The notes: generated by a model from the sequence alone, not told the origin. 64,000 nucleotides of DNA from an uncultured Methanosarcinales archaeon (GCA_964591655.1 CAZQDS010000001.1:7232-71231), one strand, 5' to 3'. Shown: positions 38,617 to 48,196, counted from the first letter of the stretch. Numbers and translations are program-made.

Positions 38617-39261
38617 CTACATCAACTTTATCTTTCCAGGCTTCCTCTCGAAGATATCGCCGCGGAGTATCATATCTTGTATAAGATCTTCGGCATTCTT
38701 TATCTTAGAAAAACGTATTATCTCATCAATGTCTGCCCCTTCGCCGCCATCTAGTTCTTTGATCAATGCGATTATCCGCTCTTTAGAGCCGAGCGTGTTT
38801 GTGCTCTCCACGATTTCTGCGTCTTTTTTCACATCATGGCGCGTAGTTGTCCTTATCTTCTTGATCAATGATAGCTCTTTCTTCCTATACGCGATCCATG
38901 CCTTGTCCTTGATTTTCTTGACCAAATCCAACGTCAAATAAATCTGCGAGTTATACTCTCTAGGCCTGGCGATCAGCAATACGGGGTCGCCTATCGAGAT
39001 ATTCATCAAAAGCTCCTTCTTATCGAAAACTCTTGCAACTATTTGTCCAGTACCGTCATCTACAGTCATGGATGATTCGTCCTTATTGACAACCACTGCG
39101 ATTATGTTCACTCTGGAGAAATCTCCATAATCAGTCATCAGATAACTTGATTCCCAACCAGGCCTTTTCACAAAAACACCCTTGTTAAGATTATCTATGC
39201 TGCACTTGAATGCTGTCTGCCGTTTGAAATCCGTTTTTTGTTCTTCAGCCATTTTGATCAT
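38617..39261 (-). CDS. RPA2/RPA32-like OB-fold protein with C-terminal winged helix
   Basis: RVNIIAVV..VDDGTGQI OB fold; C-terminal ...GDIFERKPGKIK wHTH; lies downstream of mcm. Confidence 0.75.
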   Translation of the reverse strand: MIKMAEEQKTDFKRQTAFKCSIDNLNKGVFVKRPGWESSYLMTDYGDFSRVNIIAVVVNKDESSMTVDDGTGQIVARVFDKKELLMNISIGDPVLLIARPREYNSQIYLTLDLVKKIKDKAWIAYRKKELSLIKKIRTTTRHDVKKDAEIVESTNTLGSKERIIALIKELDGGEGADIDEIIRFSKIKNAEDLIQDMILRGDIFERKPGKIKLM

Positions 39262-39299
39262 CGATATTATGATTGGATCTATTTCATGATACTTTGGAT

Positions 39300-41327
39300 T
39301 TATAATCTGCTTATGAAATTGGATCTCGGCGCGAATATGTCCCCCGCCTTTTTCAGCCTGTCAAGTATCTCCTCTGTCTTCTCTTGGTCTATGCCTTTGT
39401 CTTTTGCCCTCATAACAATATCATCGACGGGTATTTGTTTACCTATCTGTCCCTCTAGTTCGTGGATTATCTCTTTGATGGTCGATATTGTTCCTCTCTG
39501 GCTTGCAGTTATCCCTGTCGTTATCCTGTCAATATCCAATTTTCCTGTTTCTGGGTCTACACCTATCTGTGATAAGCAGAAATGCACGAGCTCTATGGCT
39601 CTTTTTGCATCGGTCTTTGTCACTTTATCTGATAGTCTGGACCTTGCGCTCGCCTCACTCAATCTTATGAGCGCCTCTAATTGCCTGGCCGATATCGGGA
39701 TCGATTTATATCCCTCTTCACCCTCACCAGTGGATCGCATTTTTACATAATACTCCTTTATCTCTTCTAATGCGCCATCGGTCATCTGCGGGTTGATGTG
39801 CTGTCTTCCGTAGGCGATATATTTTTTTAATATCTGTGTAGGTATGTCTATCTCTCCTCCAGATGATTCCTTATGGAGTTTTAATATGAAATCTGCAGTC
39901 CTTTCATCTTTTGCCTTATTAGGGATGTCTCTTATGGGGAATATCAGGTCGAACCTGTTGATCAATGTCGATGGCAGCTCAATCTGTTTAGGGATCAATT
40001 CATACGGATCGAACCTTCCGAATTTTGGGTTTGCTGCCGCCAAAACAGTTGTTTCAGCACGTAGTGTCGCAGAGATGTTTGCCTTGTTTATGGAGATGGT
40101 CTGCTGTTCCAATGCCTCGTGCATTGCTGAAGTGTCCTCTTTAGTCATTTTATCCAACTCATCTATACAGCAGATTCCCCTGTTTGTCAGCACAAGTGCT
40201 CCGGCCTCTAATGCATATCCTCTCAGGAATTCGTCCTTGACGACTGTCGCAGTCAATCCTGCAGCGCTCGCACCCTTTCCAGAGACATATCTTGATTTTG
40301 GCGCAACGATGGAGACCCTCTTCAGCATCTGGCTCTTTCCAGATCCAGGATCTCCTATCAGGAGCACATGTATGTCTCCTCTTGTAACAGAGCCATCATC
40401 TTTCTTTTTTCTTACTCCGCCGAATAGTTGTAATATCAAGGCCTCTTTCACTTTTTCATGACCATATATCGAAGGGGCGACAGAATTGATTAGTCTCTTC
40501 GTGAGTTTAGGGTCTTCAGACAGCTCCTTTATCTCTTTGACTTCTTCATCAGTTATTAATAATTCGGTGAAATCTTCTGCTACGGCCTCTACATGGTTTG
40601 CTTCCAGCATCAAGTCGAATCTTGTAAGTTTTCCGCCGTCTCTTGCGATTATAGGGACTTCTTTCAACACTCCTGTGATTATGTTTTTAGATCCAGGATT
40701 CGTCTTTTTTTCAGACATGGGACTGACTAGGTCTGATTTCAAGAATATATCCAGCCGTTTTGGCTGTTCTGAACCTTCTAATTCTTCAGGCGCTTCTTCA
40801 AGAACTATCTTTTGCGCATCGATCATCTCTTTACTTATTAATTTGAATTTGCCTTTTCTTCCGCAACCACATTTTGTCGGCTCCCTGAATTTTGTATCGA
40901 ACTGTAAGACCGTCAAAGTGTTTCCACAACTAGGACATTCGAATCTTGCAGATGTGACTTGCGGTCTGACGTCTGATTTCTGTCGTATTATCCCGGTGAC
41001 TTGTATGAATTTGTTTAAGTGGGTGCTTCTGATGTTCCTTATCATCTCCTGCTGTGTTTTCGGCAGATTCCTGACCCTGACTTTGAAGTCTTTTATATTG
41101 AATCCGAATTGTTCTATGCTTATCTCTGCAGCCCTTATCGTGTCTTCAGGATTGTCTATCAGGTCTTGTGCAAGGTCTAGGTTGAACTTACTCAATTCAC
41201 TGAAATTAATGGATATTGATTTGTCTCCCTTGGACATCGCCTGATGCAATTGTTTTTTATATATCAGGTCAAAGAATTCATGAAACTTATCTATCTGTTC
41301 TGTGACGTCCATGGCTTTCAGGAACAT
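39300..41327 (-). CDS. mcm: MCM replicative helicase
   Basis: CPSC..CGC zinc finger, APSIYGHE, GDPGSGKSQ, CIDELDKM, AAANP..GR, NRFDL, ARQLE. Confidence 0.97.
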   Translation of the reverse strand: MFLKAMDVTEQIDKFHEFFDLIYKKQLHQAMSKGDKSISINFSELSKFNLDLAQDLIDNPEDTIRAAEISIEQFGFNIKDFKVRVRNLPKTQQEMIRNIRSTHLNKFIQVTGIIRQKSDVRPQVTSARFECPSCGNTLTVLQFDTKFREPTKCGCGRKGKFKLISKEMIDAQKIVLEEAPEELEGSEQPKRLDIFLKSDLVSPMSEKKTNPGSKNIITGVLKEVPIIARDGGKLTRFDLMLEANHVEAVAEDFTELLITDEEVKEIKELSEDPKLTKRLINSVAPSIYGHEKVKEALILQLFGGVRKKKDDGSVTRGDIHVLLIGDPGSGKSQMLKRVSIVAPKSRYVSGKGASAAGLTATVVKDEFLRGYALEAGALVLTNRGICCIDELDKMTKEDTSAMHEALEQQTISINKANISATLRAETTVLAAANPKFGRFDPYELIPKQIELPSTLINRFDLIFPIRDIPNKAKDERTADFILKLHKESSGGEIDIPTQILKKYIAYGRQHINPQMTDGALEEIKEYYVKMRSTGEGEEGYKSIPISARQLEALIRLSEASARSRLSDKVTKTDAKRAIELVHFCLSQIGVDPETGKLDIDRITTGITASQRGTISTIKEIIHELEGQIGKQIPVDDIVMRAKDKGIDQEKTEEILDRLKKAGDIFAPRSNFISRL

Positions 41328-41423
41328 TCAGCTAAGCTAAACTGTCCATCCCCCTCAAATTTTAAAAGTAAAAAAATTGAAAATATTTTATTGAAATTTA
41401 TTAAAAATTTCAATTTTTAATTC

Positions 41424-41450
41424 CAAAACTTATTTTCTAAATAAGTTTTG
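41424..41450 (-). terminator. Perfect 12-bp inverted repeat immediately after the tbp stop
   Basis: CAAAACTTATTT-tct-AAATAAGTTTTG inside a very AT-rich tbp-mcm spacer. Confidence 0.4.
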
Positions 41451-42029
41451 TTATATCTTCTTCAATATGACTATCAACTTGTCAAGCGCTTGTCTCGCTT
41501 CTTCTTCAGATTTTGTTCCCGTACATACTACTTTTCCGTTGCTGAAAAGCAAGAATGTCGCTTTTGCCTCTATCATCTTATATACTAGTCCCGGGAATTG
41601 TTCCGGCTCATATTCTGTGTTCGGAAGCTTCATCGCTAATGTATTCAGGTTGAGGTCCATCCCGGTTGTTCCTGCAGCGACCATGTTCTGTATTGTTATT
41701 TTTGGCTTGATAGTTATCTTTATGCCTATCTTTTGTAGGCTCTCTATTATTTTTTGTATGGACTCTTCCACTTTTTGTATGCTTCTTGCTCCTGTGCAGA
41801 CTATTTTTCCTGAGCTGAATATCAATGCTGATGTCTTAGGGTCCTTTATCCTTATTACCAATCCAGGGAACTGTTCCGGATTGTATTCTGTGTTGCTTAA
41901 TGTTGCAGCCATCTTTTCTAATGGTATGTTGTGCTCGAGTGAAGAGCTTACGACTATGTTCACTATCTGAAGATCTTTTGTTGATTCCTGATTCTTTTCA
42001 GAAGTTTTCTTTGTCGGTTTTTTTGCCAT
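41451..42029 (-). CDS. tbp: TATA-box binding protein
   Basis: Two repeats NIV(A/S)...EYnPEQFPGL...LIFSSGKIVCTG; GGGGG RBS before ATG 42029. Confidence 0.97.
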   Translation of the reverse strand: MAKKPTKKTSEKNQESTKDLQIVNIVVSSSLEHNIPLEKMAATLSNTEYNPEQFPGLVIRIKDPKTSALIFSSGKIVCTGARSIQKVEESIQKIIESLQKIGIKITIKPKITIQNMVAAGTTGMDLNLNTLAMKLPNTEYEPEQFPGLVYKMIEAKATFLLFSNGKVVCTGTKSEEEARQALDKLIVILKKI

Positions 42030-42176
42030 TTTACTTCCCCCTAACCTGTTGGTTATTGAATGTTTTTTTGTCATTTTTTTTAGAGTATATAAATGCTTAT
42101 TTATAAAGGAAATCTTTGATTATTTATAAATGCTATGATTGATTGTCCTGTGTAAGCACGTTTTATACTTAAAACC

Positions 42177-42323
42177 CTCCATGAGAAATGAAGGTCTGCT
42201 GTCATTTTCAGGAGGCAAACCTTTGTTTCTTGTGGAGTGCTTGATTTTCCGATTTTGAGCACAGAAAATGCCACATTTCTTACATCAGTATACAAAAACA
42301 ACCCCTATGTTTCATGTGGAAAC
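42177..42323. promoter_or_regulatory. Second cluster of three ORB-like boxes upstream of tbp
   Basis: CTCCATGAGAAATGAAGG (42177-42194, +), CCTTTGTTTCTTGTGGAG (42220-42237, -) and CCCCTATGTTTCATGTGGAAAC (42302-42323, -) follow the same TCCA-N3-GAAA-N4-GG pattern as the origin boxes. Confidence 0.65.
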
Positions 42324-42371
42324 TTGAAAGGAGTGATTATTAGAAAACTATATATCTTGTATTTGTTTCTT

Positions 42372-42968
42372 ATGTTCATGGATATAATAAAATTCAACGG
42401 ATTTCCATCAAATCCTGAATTCAATCTTCATGAAGTGACGAAGCTTCTTCTGGAGAATGGTGTTGATGGGTACATGATCACTCCGTCATCTGATTTTTTC
42501 TCTTACGTTTACGATATAGGAGAGACACATAATGCGAAAACACTTAATAAATTGCTTGAAACTTCAGATATAGAATTGCCAAAGCAACCATTTTTCTCGC
42601 TTTTCTATCGATTGGATGTGAGCGATTTCAACGCAGCATATCTTTATGGGCCCGGCTTTAAGGAATATCTCACGATGAAAACCCCTCGGCTCGAGAACAT
42701 AACGAATATCAGCAGAGGACTGAGCCAAATTGTCAGGATACCGTTGATTGCAGTATATGATGGAGAAAGATGGGCGTTGCCGAAATTCCAAGTTTATGAA
42801 AATGGGACGGTCACAAAAGAATCTGCCCTCGCAGGCAAAGAGCCTTTCAATCCCGATTACGGGGATAAAGACGAGCAGAAACTCATGGATAATTTTCGCA
42901 AAGCTTTTGATAATTATGATTCATTGGACGATGTGCTTGACAGATTCAGCAGGCTGTTCTTAGAGTGA
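42372..42968 (+). CDS. Hypothetical protein
   Basis: ORF with probable ATG at 42372/42378; no motif recognised. Confidence 0.5.
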   Translation: MFMDIIKFNGFPSNPEFNLHEVTKLLLENGVDGYMITPSSDFFSYVYDIGETHNAKTLNKLLETSDIELPKQPFFSLFYRLDVSDFNAAYLYGPGFKEYLTMKTPRLENITNISRGLSQIVRIPLIAVYDGERWALPKFQVYENGTVTKESALAGKEPFNPDYGDKDEQKLMDNFRKAFDNYDSLDDVLDRFSRLFLE

Positions 42969-42972
42969 TTAA

Positions 42973-43611
42973 TCATATCACAAATCTTTCTACTATCTTC
43001 CCTAATTCTTCGACATTATGCGCTTCAAAATTCCCTTTGTTAACGGCCGGATTGTTCCAATCGACGACTATCGTCTTTATGCCTAATTCCTTGCATGTGA
43101 GGATGTCCTTGTCTCCTTGACCGATGTAAAAGAGTGGCTTACCATGTTTCTTGATAAAAAGTTCGATCAATTCTTTCTTGCTAGGGACCTCTTCCATGGG
43201 ACTCGCGGAAACGATGTCGAACAGGTCCTTGCAGTTTATCTTTTCAAGTATGCCATTTATTGCTGCTGTAGGTGCAGAAGTGATAAGGACTATGACGAAT
43301 CTCTTCTTCATGCTTTTCAAATACTCCGCAAAATCCTCGACAAGATCCCATTTCTTTATCGATTCGACGACCATCATCGAGTAGATGTTCCTCGCGAACG
43401 CATTTCTGGTCTTTATATCTATATCCCCGAGATATTTCTTCATTATCTCCTGCACATCAGAGAAATAATCTTCCTTGAATGCCAGCTCATTTATAGAATA
43501 ATCCCTGATGAGCTCGCCCATGACCCTGAACCATTCCTTATGCGCAGCATCAAAAGGCCTCTGTTTAATCAATGCAACATTCAAGTCAATGATGATTGCA
43601 GGCTTAGACAT
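42973..43611 (-). CDS. HAD-superfamily hydrolase-like protein (degenerate motifs)
   Basis: IIIDLNVAL (motif I, DxN), LITSA (motif II), P.K, YIGQGDKDI..CKELG (motif IV). Confidence 0.7.
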   Translation of the reverse strand: MSKPAIIIDLNVALIKQRPFDAAHKEWFRVMGELIRDYSINELAFKEDYFSDVQEIMKKYLGDIDIKTRNAFARNIYSMMVVESIKKWDLVEDFAEYLKSMKKRFVIVLITSAPTAAINGILEKINCKDLFDIVSASPMEEVPSKKELIELFIKKHGKPLFYIGQGDKDILTCKELGIKTIVVDWNNPAVNKGNFEAHNVEELGKIVERFVI

Positions 43612-43705
43612 AACAGGGCAAAAGCATGTCAGGTTAAAATATTTTACTGAATAAAAAGAATAAACTATATAAAACATTTATATTCCACATTCATTGGTGA
43701 TTGTA

Positions 43706-44131
43706 ATGGAAAGGCATGGTGTTCAGATAATAACTTATGATAATAATGGAGAATTATTCTTCTTGATATTGAGAAGGGTCGAAGGATGGCATGGTTGGGA
43801 GTTCCCGAAGACATTGCTTGAAGACGGAGAGGGTGAGGAGACTGCAATAAACAGGCTTGTCAAAGAGCAGGTAGGGATATCCAAGTTCAAGATAGTTAAA
43901 GAGCTTAATTCTACATGCGCATTCCAGGACGGGCAGGACACTCACGTATTCCAATTCTATCTGATAAACGCATCGATGAACATCCCTGTAAAGAATTATG
44001 CTGCAGGAAAGAAGCATGATAATTATCTATGGGCGATGCTCGATTCAGTGCAGAACAAGCTGACATGGGAGCCTGAAAAGGTCGCACTGAAAGAAGCCCT
44101 GGAAGAAGTGAAGAAAGTGGAAGGGTTATAA
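43706..44131 (+). CDS. NUDIX-fold protein (Ap4A-hydrolase-like, degenerate Nudix box)
   Basis: FLILRR..GWEFPK..EDGE....AINRLVKEQVG; HDNYLW. Confidence 0.7.
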   Translation: MERHGVQIITYDNNGELFFLILRRVEGWHGWEFPKTLLEDGEGEETAINRLVKEQVGISKFKIVKELNSTCAFQDGQDTHVFQFYLINASMNIPVKNYAAGKKHDNYLWAMLDSVQNKLTWEPEKVALKEALEEVKKVEGL

Positions 44132-44186
44132 TTTTTTTAATATTTTTTCTGAAATAAAATAAAAAAATATAATTGAAAAATTATTC

Positions 44187-45107
44187 TTAGCAGTTTGTCT
44201 CATACTTGAATGCGTTGCATGAGCACCTGTATGTCCATGGCGGACCCTGTCCTACGCCGACGCAGTTCCCTGTCTGGCATTCTCCTCCATGCGCACATAG
44301 TTCCCCTACGGCTTTCTTAGTCGGCTGTTGAGGTGCAGGATTGTCCACACAGAAGTTCAATGGTGCCGCTTGCGATCCTCTCGGCCTTGCATTGTCGAAT
44401 GGACACGTCTTGAGCAATTGTGAATCCGCACAAGGCACAGTACACACGACAATCCCGTTCTCTTCGCATTTCACTGCCTTGGCATTTATGCTTCCGATCG
44501 TCGTCACGCAGAATGTATCGCCGCCTTTATATGCTGCACATGTGACGAGCTTCTTGTTTGTCTGGTAGAATTCACACACCCTGTTTCCAGGATATTCTCC
44601 TATGTCCTGTGATTGTTGAGGTGGAGAGAGCACTATCGGCACTTGTGCCTTGTTCATTCCTATGCTTATGAATGGTCTCGCGACAAACAATAATACTCCT
44701 CTGAAGAACATGTTCGCTTCTATCTTTATCTTCTTCTGTTTATACAGATATGCGAATGTCCCCATCCTATCTGTGCTTTGCAGCATCGCGTCAAAATCCT
44801 CTTCACTTACGTATGCCGTGTATGACGGCTTTGCAGAGACTTCTTTTGAGAATGAGATTATCTTTCCGCTTTTCAATGTGAGCATGAACTGTTTAGAATC
44901 CCCTACTCTGACATTGAAATCGCCGTTCTTGTACAATGTCTTTACATATCCCGGGATCTCTGGCTGGCAGGAGTTCAATTGATCATTCAATTGAGGTATC
45001 TCCTCGATGAATGCGTTAGTATATTTTGCACCGACAGTTATCGTGCACTCCGCAGATGCGAACGCCGCTAAAGAAATAAACATCAACATATATATCCATA
45101 TCTTCAT
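44187..45107 (-). CDS. Secreted protein with SCP2-like domain and Cys-rich C-terminal knot
   Basis: Signal peptide; LTLKSGKI..PSYTAYVSEEDF..YKQKKIKI is SCP2-like; C-terminal GELCAHGGECQTGNC. Confidence 0.5.
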   Translation of the reverse strand: MKIWIYMLMFISLAAFASAECTITVGAKYTNAFIEEIPQLNDQLNSCQPEIPGYVKTLYKNGDFNVRVGDSKQFMLTLKSGKIISFSKEVSAKPSYTAYVSEEDFDAMLQSTDRMGTFAYLYKQKKIKIEANMFFRGVLLFVARPFISIGMNKAQVPIVLSPPQQSQDIGEYPGNRVCEFYQTNKKLVTCAAYKGGDTFCVTTIGSINAKAVKCEENGIVVCTVPCADSQLLKTCPFDNARPRGSQAAPLNFCVDNPAPQQPTKKAVGELCAHGGECQTGNCVGVGQGPPWTYRCSCNAFKYETNC

Positions 45108-45191
45108 ATTATCGACCCCCTTATGCACATAGTATCTTTTTTATATTTAAAGGTTGTGGAATGCTCAAGAATTACAAATGATATTGATATC

Positions 45192-45869
45192 TCATCTCAT
45201 CAAGTCATCGACTTCTCTTTTCGTCAAGTATCTCCATTTGCCTATCTTGACGTCCATCCTAAGATTTCCTATCTTCACCCTAGAAAGCTCTTTGACGAAA
45301 TATCCTTGCTTGAAGAACAGCCTCTTGATTATGTGTTTCTTGCCCTCATGTATTGTGACTTCTACCTGGTCCTTCTGGAACAGTTTTATCTTCGCCTTTA
45401 TCCACCCGTCCTGCAGGTTTATCCCTTGTTCCATCTTTTTTATGTCCTTCTCTTCAATCCTCTTGTCGAGTTTCACATAGTATGTCTTCTCTTTCTCATA
45501 TCTTGGATGTGTTATCTTGTTCGCGAAGTCTCCATCGTTTGTCAATAAGAGAAGCCCTGTCGTGTTCTTGTCCAGTCTGCCTACAGGAAAAATCCTGTCG
45601 GGGATGTTTATCAATTGCAATACTGATTTTGTTCCTGGCGCAAGCGTCGATTCATAATGCTTCGGCTTGTTCAGCATTATATATATCGGCTTGGCTTTTT
45701 TTATGGATTCATCATTTGCCAATATCTCGTCCTTCTCAGGATCTGCCTTATCGCCAAGCTTTATCCGCTTACCATTGACTAACACTTTTCCTTTAGAGAT
45801 TAGCTCTTCAGCATGTCTCCTGGAGCAGTACCCTGCATTCGCCATTATCTTCTGAACACGTTCTTCCAT
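45192..45869 (-). CDS. rRNA pseudouridine synthase, RsuA/RluB/E/F family (S4 domain)
   Basis: RVQKIMANAGYCSRRHAE S4 domain; LNKP; PVGRLDKNTTGLLLLTNDG; EGKKH..KR; WRYL. Confidence 0.92.
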   Translation of the reverse strand: MEERVQKIMANAGYCSRRHAEELISKGKVLVNGKRIKLGDKADPEKDEILANDESIKKAKPIYIMLNKPKHYESTLAPGTKSVLQLINIPDRIFPVGRLDKNTTGLLLLTNDGDFANKITHPRYEKEKTYYVKLDKRIEEKDIKKMEQGINLQDGWIKAKIKLFQKDQVEVTIHEGKKHIIKRLFFKQGYFVKELSRVKIGNLRMDVKIGKWRYLTKREVDDLMR

Positions 45870-45929
45870 GATTCAAGGGATATCATTCTGTATATAAACA
45901 TTTTTAAAATTAGCACACATTCTAGGAGT

Positions 45930-46454
45930 ATGTTCGATGTCGTGATGCCGAATAAGAATGAGGAAGAATTCATTGAGATGGCACTCTCTTTAGGGTATGA
46001 CGAGATAGTCTTCTTGACAAAAGACATCAGATATAGATATTCCTCGAATAAGATCAAGGTAAGGACTGCGTTCCTTGTCTCGACAACAAACCAGATAAGC
46101 GTCGCGAGAAAGAATTTTGATTACGTGTTCGCGAATGCAGAAAGACAATTCTTCGAATCTAAAGTCGATTATATAATAAATGCGGAATTGTATGATAGAA
46201 AGGACTCTTTCCATTATAAGAGGACTGCGCTCAACCAGGTGCATGCAAAACTTTGCAGAGAAAAAAATATCTGCTTAGTATTCTCATTCAATAATATCTT
46301 GGCAAGAAACAGGATACAGACACTTGGCAGGATGTTTCAGAATGCGACGATAGCGAAGAAATACAAGTTATCGACTGCGGCATTCAGCATGGCGCACGAT
46401 CCGATGAATATGAAATCCAGAACAATATTGGACGCGTTTAGAAGCATCCTATGA
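45930..46454 (+). CDS. RNase P protein component 3 (Rpp30-like, PHP fold)
   Basis: EMALSLGY, LNQVHAKLCREKNI, GRMFQN...KKY, SMAHDPMNMKS resemble archaeal Rpp30; GGAG RBS. Confidence 0.6.
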   Translation: MFDVVMPNKNEEEFIEMALSLGYDEIVFLTKDIRYRYSSNKIKVRTAFLVSTTNQISVARKNFDYVFANAERQFFESKVDYIINAELYDRKDSFHYKRTALNQVHAKLCREKNICLVFSFNNILARNRIQTLGRMFQNATIAKKYKLSTAAFSMAHDPMNMKSRTILDAFRSIL

Positions 46455-46496
46455 TTAAATTTATATATTGTCTATTTTTTCTTTAAATGTGATACG

Positions 46497-46901
46497 ATGA
46501 CATATATGAGCCCAGTCGATTTTAGATTTTTCAACAAATTTTATCAGCATCTTGAAACGCGTAGTTTGAAAGGAGATGCATTTAGAGACACTCTCGGCTA
46601 TATGAAAATTCTAGTCGATAAAATGAATAAGCTCTATGATGTGAATTTAGGATATGATTATAAAAGCGAATCTCATACACTCAAGAGGTTTTTTTGTGAT
46701 GCCCTGATTTGCAAAGAAAGCGAATATAAAAAATTTGTCAGCAATCTATCTGAAGTTGTAGATTTTATGGATAAAAATGTGCGTGCCCCTATTAGGAGTT
46801 CATTGAAGGAGTCTCTGGAAAAAGATTTGGGCACAATAATAAGACATATCAAGATTAAGACATTAGCGGACCTTAGGTCTCCAGTGAAAGATAATTCTTG
46901 A
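46497..46901 (+). CDS. Hypothetical protein
   Basis: 134-aa helical ORF preceded by a TATA-like element. Confidence 0.5.
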   Translation: MTYMSPVDFRFFNKFYQHLETRSLKGDAFRDTLGYMKILVDKMNKLYDVNLGYDYKSESHTLKRFFCDALICKESEYKKFVSNLSEVVDFMDKNVRAPIRSSLKESLEKDLGTIIRHIKIKTLADLRSPVKDNS

Positions 46902-46942
46902 GAGTCCATAACATTTAAATAATCTAGAAAAATTCTACATTT

Positions 46943-47371
46943 ATGAATAGCAAATTTCCTGGCGATGAAAATTATTCTTTTATTGCATACTCTTCTTCAT
47001 TGAAAAATTTTTTGGACATATGGGATGGCACGTATGTGCATTCAGATAGCGACAAGAAAAAAATTCTTGGTGATGCCAAGAGATTCATAACCGCAATAAA
47101 AGGCGTGGCGCAGGTCGGCGATATAGGATTTGGCGATTTAGCTGGAAGAACCTATAGGATCATGATTGCTGAAAAATTGAACCTTCAATCTACAGAACAG
47201 TTCGACTTGTTCATAAATGACTTGTCAAATATCGTCGATGCATTATATGAAGGTGAATCATTGCCAAAAAGAAGCGATGTGTATTTCGGCTTGCAAAAAA
47301 TCGAGCGATACCTATCTTCAGAAGCGGCGAAAAAACAATTTAAGTATATCCATTCCAATGATGACGATTAA
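46943..47371 (+). CDS. Hypothetical protein
   Basis: 142-aa ORF preceded by CCATAACATTTAAATA, the same promoter-like string found before 47417. Confidence 0.5.
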   Translation: MNSKFPGDENYSFIAYSSSLKNFLDIWDGTYVHSDSDKKKILGDAKRFITAIKGVAQVGDIGFGDLAGRTYRIMIAEKLNLQSTEQFDLFINDLSNIVDALYEGESLPKRSDVYFGLQKIERYLSSEAAKKQFKYIHSNDDD

Positions 47372-47416
47372 AAAACACCCATAACATTTAAATACTCTTC
47401 AAAACCAGATTTCTAC

Positions 47417-48196
47417 ATGTATGGGTATTGGTATTCGGTCAAGGAGAACTTTTCTTTCTCAAGGATAGAATTATCACAATTGTTCTGGACATCGCTGGCT
47501 TTCGGGTTCGCGTTGTCTTTCAGGAAATGGGGTACCGGAGACAGTGTCGATGTCCCTGTAGGAATAGTCAATCTCCTATTTGCGACAGTCGTAGTGCTGT
47601 TGTGTATGTATGTGCATGTTTCATTGCAGAAACTCGTGGCCATAAAATTAGGCTATAAGGCAACGTACTCATATTGGCTTAACGGTGCATTGTTCGCCGT
47701 CTTCTTGGCGTTCTTATCATTCGGTTATATAGCATTCATACTTCCTGGCGCCGTCATGGTCGAACACATTCCTCGTCTGAGGGTCGGGAAATTCAGGTAT
47801 GGTACGAATCTTAAGGATATCGCAAGAGTGGCGTTGGCAGGTCCGGTGTCCCATATACTGCTTGTCTTGATAATCGGCCCGTTGTTTTTCGTTTCTGGAA
47901 GGAACGACGTATTGTTATCTATGATAATAGTCAATCTGTTGCTTGCGATATATTCCATTCTGCCGATACCAAAAATAGACATGCCTAGCAAGATGGATTC
48001 GGGATCTGATGGATTGGGGTTGTTCTATTTTTCAAGGACCTTATATGTCCTCGTCTTAGTTACTGTACTGGCGTTTTCCGCCCTCGTATTCTCGTCAGCG
48101 AATTCTGTAGGCATGGGGTGGTTATTCATAATAGCATTCGTAATAGGATGCATATTTGCTCTTTTCTATAGTGTTTCACTCGAGCAAAAAAATTAG
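47417..48196 (+). CDS. Site-2 protease (M50)-like membrane protein lacking HExxH
   Basis: ALAGP, NLLL..YSILPIP and SDG are M50-like; the HExxH position reads HVSLQ. Confidence 0.6.
   Translation: MYGYWYSVKENFSFSRIELSQLFWTSLAFGFALSFRKWGTGDSVDVPVGIVNLLFATVVVLLCMYVHVSLQKLVAIKLGYKATYSYWLNGALFAVFLAFLSFGYIAFILPGAVMVEHIPRLRVGKFRYGTNLKDIARVALAGPVSHILLVLIIGPLFFVSGRNDVLLSMIIVNLLLAIYSILPIPKIDMPSKMDSGSDGLGLFYFSRTLYVLVLVTVLAFSALVFSSANSVGMGWLFIIAFVIGCIFALFYSVSLEQKN

Noticed and set aside
31663-41327. Inteins in DP2 or MCM (also RFC and Cdc6)
   Set aside because: Protein lengths are normal, catalytic motifs are contiguous, and no C...HN intein ends or LAGLIDADG motifs were seen.
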